Below are positions 50,047-60,185 of a stretch of 64,000 nucleotides of DNA, piece by piece. Position numbers and translations under genes: made by a program. Each line of letters begins with the position of its first letter. Within the stretch, counting starts at the first letter, position 1. The DNA is from an uncultured Actinomycetota bacterium (GTDB lineage: Bacteria; Actinomycetota; Thermoleophilia; Gaiellales; Gaiellaceae): assembly GCA_963735535.1 (NCBI GenBank), contig CAVTLL010000005.1, forward strand, positions 52,901-116,900. The letters run 5' to 3'. The notes beneath the pieces were generated by a model. That model made no database searches and was not told the origin of the DNA. It was given only the letters and a program-made list of their open reading frames with translations.

Positions 50047-52442
50047 CCGCGGATGCGCTCGCCAGCCGGGTCGAAGAGCGGTTCCTCCGCGACCTCGCCT
50101 GCGACCCAGTCACCGAAGATCTCGACCTCGACCGGCTGACCCGGCTCGCCGCTCGCGGCCGGCAGGTAGGCATAGGCGATCGAGCGCTCGACCGAGTAGC
50201 CGTAGCCGCCGCTCGTGACGCGCCCCACGGCCGCGCCGTCCACCCGCACAGGCTCGGAGCCGAGCGCGACGGCGCGCGGATCTGCGAGCACGAGGCACCG
50301 AAGCAGGCGCTCGGGCTTCTGCGCTCCGAGCAGCGCCTCGCGGCCGTTGAAGGCGCCTTTGTCGAGCTTGACCGCGAACCCGAGCCCGGCCTCGTAGGGC
50401 GTGTCGTCGGGCGTGATGTCGGAGCTCCAGACGCGGTATCCCTTCTCGAGCCGGAGCGAGTCGATCGCCTTGTACCCGCCCGCAACGAGGCCGAGCTCGC
50501 GGCCCGGCTCCCAGATCGCGTCCCACAAGGCGAGCCCGAACTCCATCGGGCAGTAAAGCTCCCAGCCGAGCTCGCCGACATAGGTGACTCGGAGCGCTAG
50601 GCACGGGACGTTCCCGATCGCGAGCTCGCGCGAGCGCATGTAGCCGAAGTCGAGCGGCGTGGTCGTCAGCGGCTGGAGGATCTCGCGCGCCTTCGGGCCC
50701 CAGAGGCCGAGGCAGGCGTAGGCGGAGGTGACGTCCTCGACGGTGACGTGCCCCGGCGCGTGCTGGCGGATCCAGGCGAGGTCGTGCTGGCCGAACGCCG
50801 TGCCGGTAACGATCCGAAAGCGCTCGGTGTCGAGGCGGGTCACGGTGAAGTCGCACTCGATCCCACCGCGGCTGTTCAGCATCGAGGTGTAGGTGATCGC
50901 GCCGACGTCCCGGGCGACGCGGTTCGCGCACAACGTCTCCAGGAACCCGGCGGCGCCTTCGCCCGAGATCTCGATCTTGGCGAACGACGTCTCGTCGAAG
51001 AGGGCGGCCGTCTCGCGGCAGGCGACGTGCTCGGCGCCGATCGCCGGCGACCAGAGGCGGCCGGCCCAGCCGCGGGGTCGGAGCGACTCGTCGCCCTTGG
51101 CCGCATTCGGCTCGAACCAGTTGGCGCGTTCCCAGCCCGATTTCTCGCCGAAGTCCGCGCCGAGCTCGGACAGGCGCTGGTACGTCGGCGAGAGCCGCAG
51201 CGGCCGTCCGGCCTGCCGCTCGTGGCCGGGGTACTTCACGTCGTAGTAGGTCTCGTAGACCTCGAGCGTTCGCGCCAGCGTGTAGGCCGGCGAGCGGTAG
51301 GCGCGGCCGAAGCGACGCGAATCCATGTGCCAGGCATCGAGCGACGGTGTGCCCTCGACGATCCACTCGGCGACAAGCTGCCCGAGGCCGCCGGCCCCCG
51401 CGAGTCCGTGGGCGCAGAAGCCGGCGGCGGTCCAGAGGCCGCGGACATCGGTCGGCCCGAGGATGAACTCGCCGTCCGGGGTGAAGGCCTCCGGGCCGTT
51501 GATCAGCTTCACGACCTCGGCTTCCTCGAGCGACGGCACGCGGACGATCGCGTTCTCCATCAGCTCCTCGAACCGCGGCCAGTCCTCGGCGAGCAGCTTG
51601 CCGTTGAAGTCCGCCGGGATCCCGTCGAGCGACCACGGCGCAGGGTTGCGCTCGTAGCCACCCATGATCAGCCCGCCCGACTCGGGACGGAAGTAGACGA
51701 GCAGCGATGGGTCGCGCATCGTCGGCATGTCGGTCGGGAGGCCGGTCGGCTTGGTGATCAGGTACTCGTGCGCCATAGGGACGATCGGGACGTTCACGCC
51801 GGCAAGCGCCCCGATCTCCTTCGCGAACATCCCGCCGGCATTCACGACGACGTCGGCCTCGATCGGCCCCTTGTCCGTGACGACGCCTGTCACCCGGCCG
51901 TGCTCGACGGGGATCTCCGTGACGCGAGTGTGCTGGTAGATCTCGGCGCCACCGCGGCGGGCCCCCTCGGCGAGCGCGAATGTGAGCTGGGAGGGGTCGA
52001 TGTAGCCGTCGGTCGGGAGGTAGGCGGCGCCGACCACGCCGTCGGTCGTCATCGGAGGGAAGAGCTCCTGCGCCTCCGCGGCCGAGATCAGCTCGAGCGG
52101 AAGGCCGAAGGTCTTCGCCCAGCCCGACTGGCGGGTTAGCTCCTCCATCCGCTCGGGCGACGATGCGAGCCGCAGCGAGCCGACCTCGCGCCAACCGGTC
52201 TCGAGGCCGACCTCCTCGCCGAGCGTGCGGTAGAGCTCGACCGAGCTCATCATCATCTTCGTCAGGCTCAGGGAGCTCCGGAGCTGGCCGACGAGCCCGG
52301 CGGAGTGGAACGTCGAGCCGCTCGTCAGCTCGGCGCGGTCGACCAGCACGACGTCCGACCAGCCGAGCCGCGTCAGCCAGTAGAGGATCGAGCAGCCGCC
52401 GACACCGCCGCCGATCACGACCAGACGCGCGCGGTTCTTCAT
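50043..52442 (-). CDS. FAD-dependent oxidoreductase fused to GcvT-like folate-binding domain (dimethylglycine/sarcosine dehydrogenase-like)
   Basis: 799-aa ORF. N-terminal VVIGGGVGGCS dinucleotide fold. The C-terminal half is aminomethyltransferase-like. Confidence 0.8.
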   Translation of the reverse strand: MKNRARLVVIGGGVGGCSILYWLTRLGWSDVVLVDRAELTSGSTFHSAGLVGQLRSSLSLTKMMMSSVELYRTLGEEVGLETGWREVGSLRLASSPERMEELTRQSGWAKTFGLPLELISAAEAQELFPPMTTDGVVGAAYLPTDGYIDPSQLTFALAEGARRGGAEIYQHTRVTEIPVEHGRVTGVVTDKGPIEADVVVNAGGMFAKEIGALAGVNVPIVPMAHEYLITKPTGLPTDMPTMRDPSLLVYFRPESGGLIMGGYERNPAPWSLDGIPADFNGKLLAEDWPRFEELMENAIVRVPSLEEAEVVKLINGPEAFTPDGEFILGPTDVRGLWTAAGFCAHGLAGAGGLGQLVAEWIVEGTPSLDAWHMDSRRFGRAYRSPAYTLARTLEVYETYYDVKYPGHERQAGRPLRLSPTYQRLSELGADFGEKSGWERANWFEPNAAKGDESLRPRGWAGRLWSPAIGAEHVACRETAALFDETSFAKIEISGEGAAGFLETLCANRVARDVGAITYTSMLNSRGGIECDFTVTRLDTERFRIVTGTAFGQHDLAWIRQHAPGHVTVEDVTSAYACLGLWGPKAREILQPLTTTPLDFGYMRSRELAIGNVPCLALRVTYVGELGWELYCPMEFGLALWDAIWEPGRELGLVAGGYKAIDSLRLEKGYRVWSSDITPDDTPYEAGLGFAVKLDKGAFNGREALLGAQKPERLLRCLVLADPRAVALGSEPVRVDGAAVGRVTSGGYGYSVERSIAYAYLPAASGEPGQPVEVEIFGDWVAGEVAEEPLFDPAGERIRG

Positions 52443-52443
52443 C

Positions 52444-53214
52444 TCATTCCGGTGTGACGTAAGAGGCGGTGAGCCCGCCGTCGACGAGGAAGGTCGAGCC
52501 GTTCACATAGGACGACTCGTCGCTCGCCAGGAAAAGCGCGCCGTTCACGATCTCGCGCGGCTTGCCCAGGCGGCCCGTCGGCCAGTGGATGCGCCGCCGC
52601 TCGAGTGCGGCCGGGTTGTCGCCGAAGATGTTCAGCAGCAGCGGCGTCTCGACGGGGCCGGGGCAGAGCGCGTTGACGCGTATCCCCTCGCGCGCGAACT
52701 GCACGGCAAGCTCACGGCTCATCGAGAGCACGGCGCCCTTGGAGGCGGTGTAGGAGATCTGCGAGGTTGCGGCGCCAAGGATCGCCACGAACGAGGCGAC
52801 GTTGATCACGGAGCCGCCTCCGCGCTGCTGGAGGTACGGGATCCCGTGCTTGCAGCAGAGGAAGACGCCCTTGGTGTTCACGTCCTGCACGCGCTGCCAT
52901 GCCTCGACGGACGTGTCGAGGATCGACGCGTCGTCGTCCGGCGAGATCCCGGCGTTGTTGTAGAGGACGTCGATACCGCCGAAGCGGTCAGCGGTGGCGG
53001 CCATCATCCCGGACACCTGCTCCTCGTCGGCCACGTCCACGCCGAGCGCGAATGCGTTTCCGGCGCATAGTGCCGCGGTCTCCTCGGCCGCGGCGAGGTT
53101 CACGTCGGCGGCACAGACCTTTGCACCTTCCTCGGTGAAGAGCATCGAGGCGTCGCGGCCCATTCCGCCGCCGGCGCCGGTGATCACGCAGACCTTTCCG
53201 TCCAGGCGTCCCAT
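52444..53214 (-). CDS. short-chain dehydrogenase/reductase
   Basis: ATG 53214 with GGAGGT 8 nt upstream. TGAGGGMGR cofactor motif, catalytic YTASKGAV. Confidence 0.85.
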   Translation of the reverse strand: MGRLDGKVCVITGAGGGMGRDASMLFTEEGAKVCAADVNLAAAEETAALCAGNAFALGVDVADEEQVSGMMAATADRFGGIDVLYNNAGISPDDDASILDTSVEAWQRVQDVNTKGVFLCCKHGIPYLQQRGGGSVINVASFVAILGAATSQISYTASKGAVLSMSRELAVQFAREGIRVNALCPGPVETPLLLNIFGDNPAALERRRIHWPTGRLGKPREIVNGALFLASDESSYVNGSTFLVDGGLTASYVTPE

Positions 53215-53218
53215 TTTT

Positions 53219-53617
53219 CTAGACCTCCGGTTCGTTCGTGAGCTGGTGGGACTCGCCGAACTCGAGGCGGCCCGACCTGGCGTGGATCTCGTGGTGAAGG
53301 CGGTACACCCTCTCATGGTGCTGGCGGGTGTGGTGATACATGCAGACCTTCTCGAGCGTTCCCCTGACGGGATGCTCGCCCAGTCGGAGGCAATACGGGA
53401 TGGCGCAGGTGCGGTGCCAGCGAGCCCACGCGGCCACTGCGAGGGCGGCGATCAGCGGGACGGTGCCGATGATGCCCAGGAGATTGCTGCCCCCGTTCGA
53501 GTATCGGCTGTTCGCAAAGACGCCGGCCCAGATCAGGATCGTGACGAGGAGCCCGACCGCGATCAGGGTCCCGATCACGAACGCCCCGATCTCGTTTCTC
53601 TTCGCCGGTGCGCTCAT
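53219..53617 (-). CDS. hypothetical 2-TM protein with C-terminal Cys/His-rich tail
   Basis: 132-aa ORF filling the gap between the ALDH and SDR genes (9-nt and 4-nt spacers). Two hydrophobic helices, then CAIPYCLRLGEHP...KVCMYHHTRQHHERVYRLHHEIH. Confidence 0.5.
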   Translation of the reverse strand: MSAPAKRNEIGAFVIGTLIAVGLLVTILIWAGVFANSRYSNGGSNLLGIIGTVPLIAALAVAAWARWHRTCAIPYCLRLGEHPVRGTLEKVCMYHHTRQHHERVYRLHHEIHARSGRLEFGESHQLTNEPEV

Positions 53618-53626
53618 ACGGCCAGG

Positions 53627-54979
53627 TCAGTCGGTCGAGAAGAAGACGCTTTTGATCTCCGAGTAGCCCTCCATTGCCTGCATGCCGAGCTCGCGGCCGA
53701 AGCCCGACTGCTTGAAGCCGCCGAACGGCGTCGAGGGGCGGACCGAGCTGTTCGAGTTGACGGAGAGGACGCCGGTCTCGAGGCCGCGCGCGACCCGGAT
53801 CGCGCGGGCGCCGTTGCGGGTCCAGATCGAGCCGGAGAGACCGTAGGGGGTGTCGTTGGCGATGCGGATCGCATCTGCTTCGTCGTCGAAGGGAATGACG
53901 GCGGCGACGGGGCCGAAGACCTCTTCGCGTGCGATGCGGTCGTCGTTCGAGGCCTCGACGAGCGTGCACGGGAACCAGTAGCCGGGGCCGTTCGGGGTCT
54001 CGCCCTGGAATCGGCTCGAGACGCCATCGAGGAATCCACCGACCGTCGCCCGATGCTCGGAGCTGATCAGCGGCCCCATCTCGGTCTCCTCGTCGGCCGG
54101 GTCACCCACCTTGACCTTCCCGGTCGCCGTCACGAGCAGGTCGAGGAAGCGGTCGTAGGCGCTCCGCTCGACCAGTATGCGGGAGCGGGCACAGCAGTCC
54201 TGGCCGGCGTTGTCGAAAACGGCGTAGGGCGCGGAGGCGGCGGCCCTCTCGAGGTCGGCGTCCGCGAAGACGATGTTGGCCGACTTGCCGCCGAGCTCGA
54301 GGGTGACGCGCTTGATCGTTCCGGCGGCGTCGCGCATGATCCCGGCGCCGACCTCAGTCGAGCCGGTGAAGCCGATCTTCGCGACGTCCGGATGCTCGAC
54401 CAGCCGTCCGCCCACGATCGACCCGGGCCCGACGAGGACGTTGACAACGCCCTCGGGGATGCCCGCCTCCAGCACGAGCTCGGCCAGCCGCAGCGCCGAC
54501 AGCGGCGTGAGGGCCGCAGGCTTGAGAACGATGGTGTTGCCGCACGCGAGCGCGGGGCCGAGCTTCCAGCTCGTGATGTTGAGCGGGAAGTTCCAGGGGA
54601 CGATCAGCCCGACGACGCCGAGCGGCTCGCGGAAGGTCGCCGCGATCCCGCCGCCGACGGGAATCGTCTCGCCGTAGTGCTTGTCGATCGCGCCCGCGTA
54701 GAAGTGGAGCACCTGAGCGACCATTCCGACCTCGCCGCGAGCGCCGGAGATCGGCTTGCCGACGTTTTCGGACTCGATCTTCGCGAGCTCATCGGTGTGC
54801 TCCTCGACCAGGATCGCCAATCGCCGCAGCAGCCGAGCCCGGTCGGTCGGTGCGACGGAGCGCCAGGCGGGGTACGCCGCCTTGGCCCGCGCGACGGCGG
54901 CATCGGTCTCCTCCACGTCTGCCTGCTCGAGCTCCGCAAGCGGCTGCTCGGTCGCCGGGTTCAAGACCGTCAGGGTCAT
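53627..54979 (-). CDS. NAD(P)-dependent aldehyde dehydrogenase
   Basis: 450-aa ORF. ELGGKSA and catalytic-Cys region FDNAGQDCCARSR. Confidence 0.9.
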   Translation of the reverse strand: MTLTVLNPATEQPLAELEQADVEETDAAVARAKAAYPAWRSVAPTDRARLLRRLAILVEEHTDELAKIESENVGKPISGARGEVGMVAQVLHFYAGAIDKHYGETIPVGGGIAATFREPLGVVGLIVPWNFPLNITSWKLGPALACGNTIVLKPAALTPLSALRLAELVLEAGIPEGVVNVLVGPGSIVGGRLVEHPDVAKIGFTGSTEVGAGIMRDAAGTIKRVTLELGGKSANIVFADADLERAAASAPYAVFDNAGQDCCARSRILVERSAYDRFLDLLVTATGKVKVGDPADEETEMGPLISSEHRATVGGFLDGVSSRFQGETPNGPGYWFPCTLVEASNDDRIAREEVFGPVAAVIPFDDEADAIRIANDTPYGLSGSIWTRNGARAIRVARGLETGVLSVNSNSSVRPSTPFGGFKQSGFGRELGMQAMEGYSEIKSVFFSTD

Positions 54980-55036
54980 GGCGTGGATTCAACACCATCG
55001 GCGCTCTGCGACCCACCCCAGCTCGCATGCCCCGCC

Positions 55037-55066
55037 GGGCCGTGTCCGGGGACAGGCCCTGTAACG
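55037..55066. repeat. 30-nt hairpin-containing repeat, copy 1
   Basis: GGGCCGTGTCCGGGGACAGGCCCTGTAACG; inner dyad TGTCC-GG-GGACA. Lies in the 265-nt spacer upstream of the ALDH gene. Confidence 0.6.
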
Positions 55067-55148
55067 CAGAGCTGCGCGCTCAGGCGGAATGCCGCCGGTC
55101 AAGCAGGCAAACGCAGTCGCCTGGCGGGTTTCCACAGCTTGTCCTGTC

Positions 55149-55178
55149 GGGCCATGTCTGGGGACAGGCACCGTGACG
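55149..55178. repeat. 30-nt hairpin-containing repeat, copy 2
   Basis: GGGCCATGTCTGGGGACAGGCACCGTGACG; 25/30 identical to copy 1, 112 nt away in the same orientation. Followed by a second GTGAC 6 nt later. Confidence 0.6.
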
Positions 55179-55244
55179 TAAGCGTGACGGAGTGTCCACA
55201 CCCGTCCGGGCGAGGCCGGCTCGGCTCGGACTGGCCTCGAAGGT

Positions 55245-56580
55245 CTAACCGCGCTCGAAGAGCCGCTCGCGCTCCCAGCAGGTCACGACCTCGTCGAAGA
55301 GCCGCTGCTCGGTGCGGCCGTAGTTGAGGTAGTGGTCGACGACCTCGTCGCCGAGCGCCGCCCGGCCATCGTGCCCGTCTCGAGCGCTGCGATCGCCTCG
55401 CGGAGCGACGAAGGGAAGCGCGGGGCGTCCGAGACGTACGCGTTGCCCTCGAGTGCCGGCGGCAGCTCCAGGCCCTGCTCGATCCCGTGCAGGCCGGCGG
55501 CGATCAGCGCGGCGAAGGCGAGGTACGGGTTGACGTCGCCGCCGGGGATCCGCGTCTCGACACGCTGCGAGGCGCCGTGGCCGACGATCCGGAAGCCGCA
55601 CGTCCGGTTGTCGCGGCCCCAGGCGAGCGTCGTCGGAGCCCAGCTTCCCGCGGCGTAGCGCTTGTAGGAGTTGATCGTCGGTGCGAGGAACAGCGCCAGC
55701 TCGCGGGCGCACTCGATCCAGCCGGCGAGGAACGCGCCGAACACGCGGGCTCTCGCCGGCGAAGGCGTTCTCCCCGTCGCGCCACAGGCTCATGTGGACG
55801 TGGCATGAGTTGCCGATCCACGTGTGGTCGGGCTTCGCCATGAACGTGATCGAGCAGCCGTTCAGGTTCGCGATCTCCTTGGCGCCGTTCTTGTAGATCA
55901 CGTGGTTGTCGGCCATCCGCAGCGCGTCGGCGTAGCGGAAGTTGATCTCCTGCTGGCCGGGCCAGGCCTCGCCCTTCGAGCTCTCGACGGCGATGCCGGC
56001 CGCCTGCATCCCGTTGCGGATCTGGCGGATCAAGCCCTCGTCGTAGGTCGTGGCGAGGATCGTGGTAGTCGAGGATGTAGGGCACCGACGGCGTCAGGTC
56101 GCGGTAGTGCTGCGGCGTGCGCCTCGGCGTAGCTCTCCTTCAGCAAGTAGAACTCGAGCTCGGAGCCGACCATCGGCTCGAACCCCGCCGCCCGCGCCCG
56201 CTCGACCTGCGCCGCGAGCACCTGGCGCGGCGAGGCGACGACCGGCGAGCCGTCCTCCCAGGCGACGTCGCAGAGGACGAGCGCCGTCCCCGTCGAGCCA
56301 CGGGACGCGCCGCAGCGTCGTCGAGGTCGGGCCGCAGGTGGAAGTCGCCGTAGCCGCGGTCCCAGCTCGCCATCTCGTACCCGGGCTGCGGGTCCATCTC
56401 CATGTCGAGCGCGAGCAGGTAGTTGCAGCCCTCGAGCCCGTGCTCGACGCGTCTCGGCGAGGAAGAAGTGCGCCTCCTCGCGCTTGCCCATCAGCCGGCC
56501 CTGCATGTCGGTGAAGGCGCAGACGACCGTGTCGATCGTCCCGGCCTCGACCTCGCGGCGAGCTCGTCGCGGGTCAGCAT
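55245..56580 (-). pseudogene. glutamine synthetase family protein (gamma-glutamyl-amine synthetase-like); at least 7 frame jumps
   Basis: MLTRDELAA, TIDTVVCAFTDMQGRLMGKR, GSELEFYLLKE, KGEAWPGQQEINFRY, NSCHVHMSLW, APTINSYKRY and NRTCGFRIVG are all present, but in alternating frames across four track ORFs. Confidence 0.8.
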
Positions 56581-56619
56581 CGGCGAGCGTATGCCGTGAG
56601 GGGCGCCTGCGGGCGCCCC

Positions 56620-58241
56620 TCACGAGCCGAACGCTACGCGAACTCCGTGTCGGCCGGAAGCAGCGAAGACGCCCTCCTGCTTCGCCTCGAGCTGCTCGAG
56701 CTCGTCGTCGGTGCCCATGCGCACCGGGCCCTTGAACCAGTTCTTGGCCGAGAGCACCCACCAGCCGCCGAAGAGGATGAACGCTCCGCCGATCGTCAGC
56801 GGCGCGTAGTTGACGGCGTTCCAGGTGAAGCCCGACTTCCACGGGATCGCCGGCCGGCGAGGTCGGGAGCATGAAGATGATCGAGATGAAGACGACCCAG
56901 AGGATCGCGATCCAGTTGATCCACTTGTAGTGCTTGCCGAGGCTCCAGGCGCCGCGCTCGAAGCTGCGCCGGCGCGGAGGCGCAGGATCACCGGCAGGAT
57001 GAACGCGATGTAGAGCCCGGTCGTCCCCACCGAGGTGCCGACGTAGTAGCCGGCGAGGTTGTTCCACCAGGTCGGGAGCAGGAGCAGGAACGCCGACGGT
57101 CGCCGGCGCCGACGGCGGCCAACACCGGCACGCGGTGGCGCGAGACCCAGCGCCACCAGCCTGGTGGCCGGGCACGGCGCGGTCGCGCGAGAACGCGAAC
57201 AGCATCCGCGAGCCCGAGGTGATGCACGCGGTCAGGCAGAAGAACTGGGCGCAGACGACGATGAAGAGCAGGACCTCGGCCCAGTGCGTGCCCATCGAGG
57301 TCTGCCAGATGTAGGTCGTGATGTACGTGAACTGCGTCTGCACGCCGGTCTGGCTCGGGATCGCGAACGTGATCGCGACCAGCAGGATGAAGCCGGCGAT
57401 CACCGAGACGATGACCGCCCAGATCATGCCGACCGCCGCCGAGCGCGACGCCTTGTGCGTCTCCTCCGACATGTGCGCCGACGCGTCGTAGCCGGTCAGC
57501 GTGTACTGCGCCATGCCGATCGAGCCGATCACGAAGACGAGCGCGAACGGCCAGACGCCCCAGCGTGTGGCCGCCGAGTAGCCCGAGTTGTTGATCGTCT
57601 GCGTGAAGACGTAGCTCGCCGACTGGTGATGGTCGGGCACGAAGATGCAGGCGACGACGATGATCGCGACGCCGATCACGTGCCAGTACGCCGAGATCGC
57701 GTTGATCAGCGACGTGATCCGGACGTCGAAGACGTTGACGAGCAGCGCGAAGGCGAGGAACGCGACGAAGAGATAGAAGATGTGGTGGATGTCGTTCGGG
57801 TAGCCCCAGATCAGGTTGAAGAACGCGGTCGCGTAGATCGCGAGGCCGTAGCCGACGGCGCCGATGATCCCGATCAGGCCGATCAGGTTGAACCAGCCGG
57901 TGAACCAGCCCCAGGCCGGGCTGCCGAGCTTGGACGACCAGTAGTAGAGGCCGCCGGCGGTCGGGTAGGTCGAGGCGATCTCGGCCATCGAGAGCGCGAC
58001 GAACGTCGTGAAGACGCCGACGATCGACCCAGCCCCAGGTGACGGCGACCGGGCCGCCCCACTGGAACGCGAGGTAGTACGAGGTCAGGCAGCCCGCGAG
58101 GATCGAGATGATCGTGAAGCTGATCGCGAAGTTCCGGAACACGCCCATCGCGCGGAAGAGCTCCTGCGCGTAGCCGAGCCGGTGCAGGGCCTTCTCGTCC
58201 TCGGTGAGGTGGGGCTGCCCCGGAAGCGCGGCGTCACTCAT
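56620..58241 (-). pseudogene. APC-superfamily amino acid/amine permease; at least 5 frame jumps
   Basis: GGAGGA then ATG 58241. Hydrophobic permease sequence (AEIASTYPTAGGLYYWSSKL...) is continuous only for 57230..57988. The N- and C-terminal parts hop between three frames. Confidence 0.8.
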
Positions 58242-58397
58242 TCGTCCTCCATCGTCGGTTCGCCCGGCCCGGTCCCCGGAGCCCAGCCGCGCACAGTGAT
58301 CTGCGGATCTAAACACCCTGCCGTTGGGAAAGCAACGGCGTATGGCCGCGTTTGGCATCCTGTCGCCGGTTGACGGTGAGCCCCGGATGAGGAGGCG

Positions 58398-59660
58398 GTG
58401 GGTCTGGGTCGCCGTGCTGCGGCGATTCTGCTCGCGATCGCCGGTGGTCTGGCCGCGTGGCTGCTGGACGGGCTCGCAGCCGCATTCGGTCGTCGGGACG
58501 TCGACGCAGCTCCCGACCGACGACGACGACCGAGCGCCGAAGCCGAAGCCCGACCGCGCCCGAGCTCGCCGTGCCGTGGCCGACGTACGGCTACGACGCG
58601 CAGCGCACGCGCTTCGCCGCCGACTCGCCGCTCCGGCCGCCGTTCCGCCACGTCTGGCTCTACCGCGCGCGCAGCCTCGTCGAGTTTCCGCCGGCGATCG
58701 CCTACGGGAACGCTCTACGTCCCGGTCGAGCGTGGGCTCGTCGTCGCGCTCGACGCAAAGACCGGGAAGATCGTCTGGACGAGGCCGTACCACGCGTGCC
58801 TCGCGTCCTCGCCGGCCGGTCGCGCAGGGTCGTCTACGTCGCGATGATGAACCCCTGCGCGAGCCGCACGACACGGCGCCGGGCCTCGTCGTCGCGCTCG
58901 CGGCGAAGACCGGCAGGGAGCTCTGGCGCTTCAAGCTCGGGGCGACCGAGTCGTCGCCGGTCGTCGTTCGCGGCATCCTCTACGTCGGGTCGCGCGACGA
59001 CAAGCTCTACGCGCTCGACGCCCGCACCGGCCGCGCTGCGCTGGTCGTTCACGGCCGGCGGCGAGATCAAGGGCGCGCCGCCTATGCGGCGCACAAGGTC
59101 TTCTTCGGCGCCTACGACGGCTACGTGTACGCGCTCGACGCGCGCACCGGCAAGCTGATCTGGAAGTCCGGGGCCGAGAGCTCGCTGGTCCGCGGCCGCG
59201 GCCGGTTCTATGCGAACCCGGCGATCGCCTACGGCCGCGTCTTCATCGGCGGCACCGACGGCGTCGAGTACGCCTTCGGCGCCGGCACCGGGACGCTGCT
59301 CTGGGCGCGGGCGACCGGCAGCTATGTCTATGGTCGGCGGCGATCTGGAACGGCACGGTCTTCGTCGGCTCCTACGACCACCGCTTCTACGCGCTCGACG
59401 CCGCGACAGGGCGAGGTAAGTGGTCGTTCGAGGCGAACGGCCCGATCTCGGGCTCGCCGACCGTGATGGACGGGGTCGTCTACTTCTCGACGCCTCGCAA
59501 CCGGACCTACGGGCTCGACGCCCGCACCGGGCAAGCAGGTCTGGACGCTCCCCGACGGCCAGTACAGCCCGCTCGTCGCCGAGCGCCACCTCGCCTTCCT
59601 CGTCGGTCACGCCCGGATCTACGCGCTCGCCGAGGCGCAGAGGGAGGGAGCAGCCGCTAG
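58398..59660 (+). pseudogene. membrane-anchored PQQ-like beta-propeller repeat protein; about 10 frame jumps
   Basis: N-terminal TM AAAILLAIAGGLAAWLL. Repeated ...YVGS.DDKLYALDARTGK..W... blades found in all three forward frames. The 3' end is uncertain (stop taken at 59658-59660). Confidence 0.65.
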
Positions 59661-60111
59661 AGCCTCGGCCCTCATCCGACTCACTGCTCAGACTCGGGAG
59701 CGTGCGCTGGCTCCATTGGTTCCGTGGCGGAGCCACGACGATGACGGCGTCCGCGCCGCCGAACGGGTCGCGGCGGCCGAGCTGCGTCTCGAGGGCGGCG
59801 ACATCGATCGGCTCTCGACCGTCTTCGCGCCGCCCGCTGGCTCGAGGACATCGGTCGCTCCTCTTGGCTCTTCGTCGGCGCCTTCGCGCTGCTCGCTCGG
59901 CGGCATTGGCCGGGCAGGCGGCAACCAACTGTGCGACGCCGATCGCTGCGATCAACAGCTTTGCGTAATAGCTCATGTTCCTCCTCCACCGGTCGGACTG
60001 TCGCGTCCGCATTTTTATGTATGTTGCAGCGCCGCACCGGCGTGTCCGTCACCTTAGCGTGCTGTTCTGCAACGTCATTTGGTCACGATGACGCAGATGC
60101 CCAGCCGGGAC

Positions 60112-60163
60112 GATAGGGCGAATGCGAATGTTGTAAAATACGAAATTCTGATGCTTTTATATC
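60112..60163. repeat. left copy of a 52-nt imperfect inverted repeat
   Basis: GATAGGgcgaatgcgAATGTTGTAAAATACGAAATtcTGATGCTTttATATC, ending 22 nt upstream of the lysR ATG. Confidence 0.8.
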
Positions 60164-60185
60164 CAGGCTGGTATAAGGGAAATCG

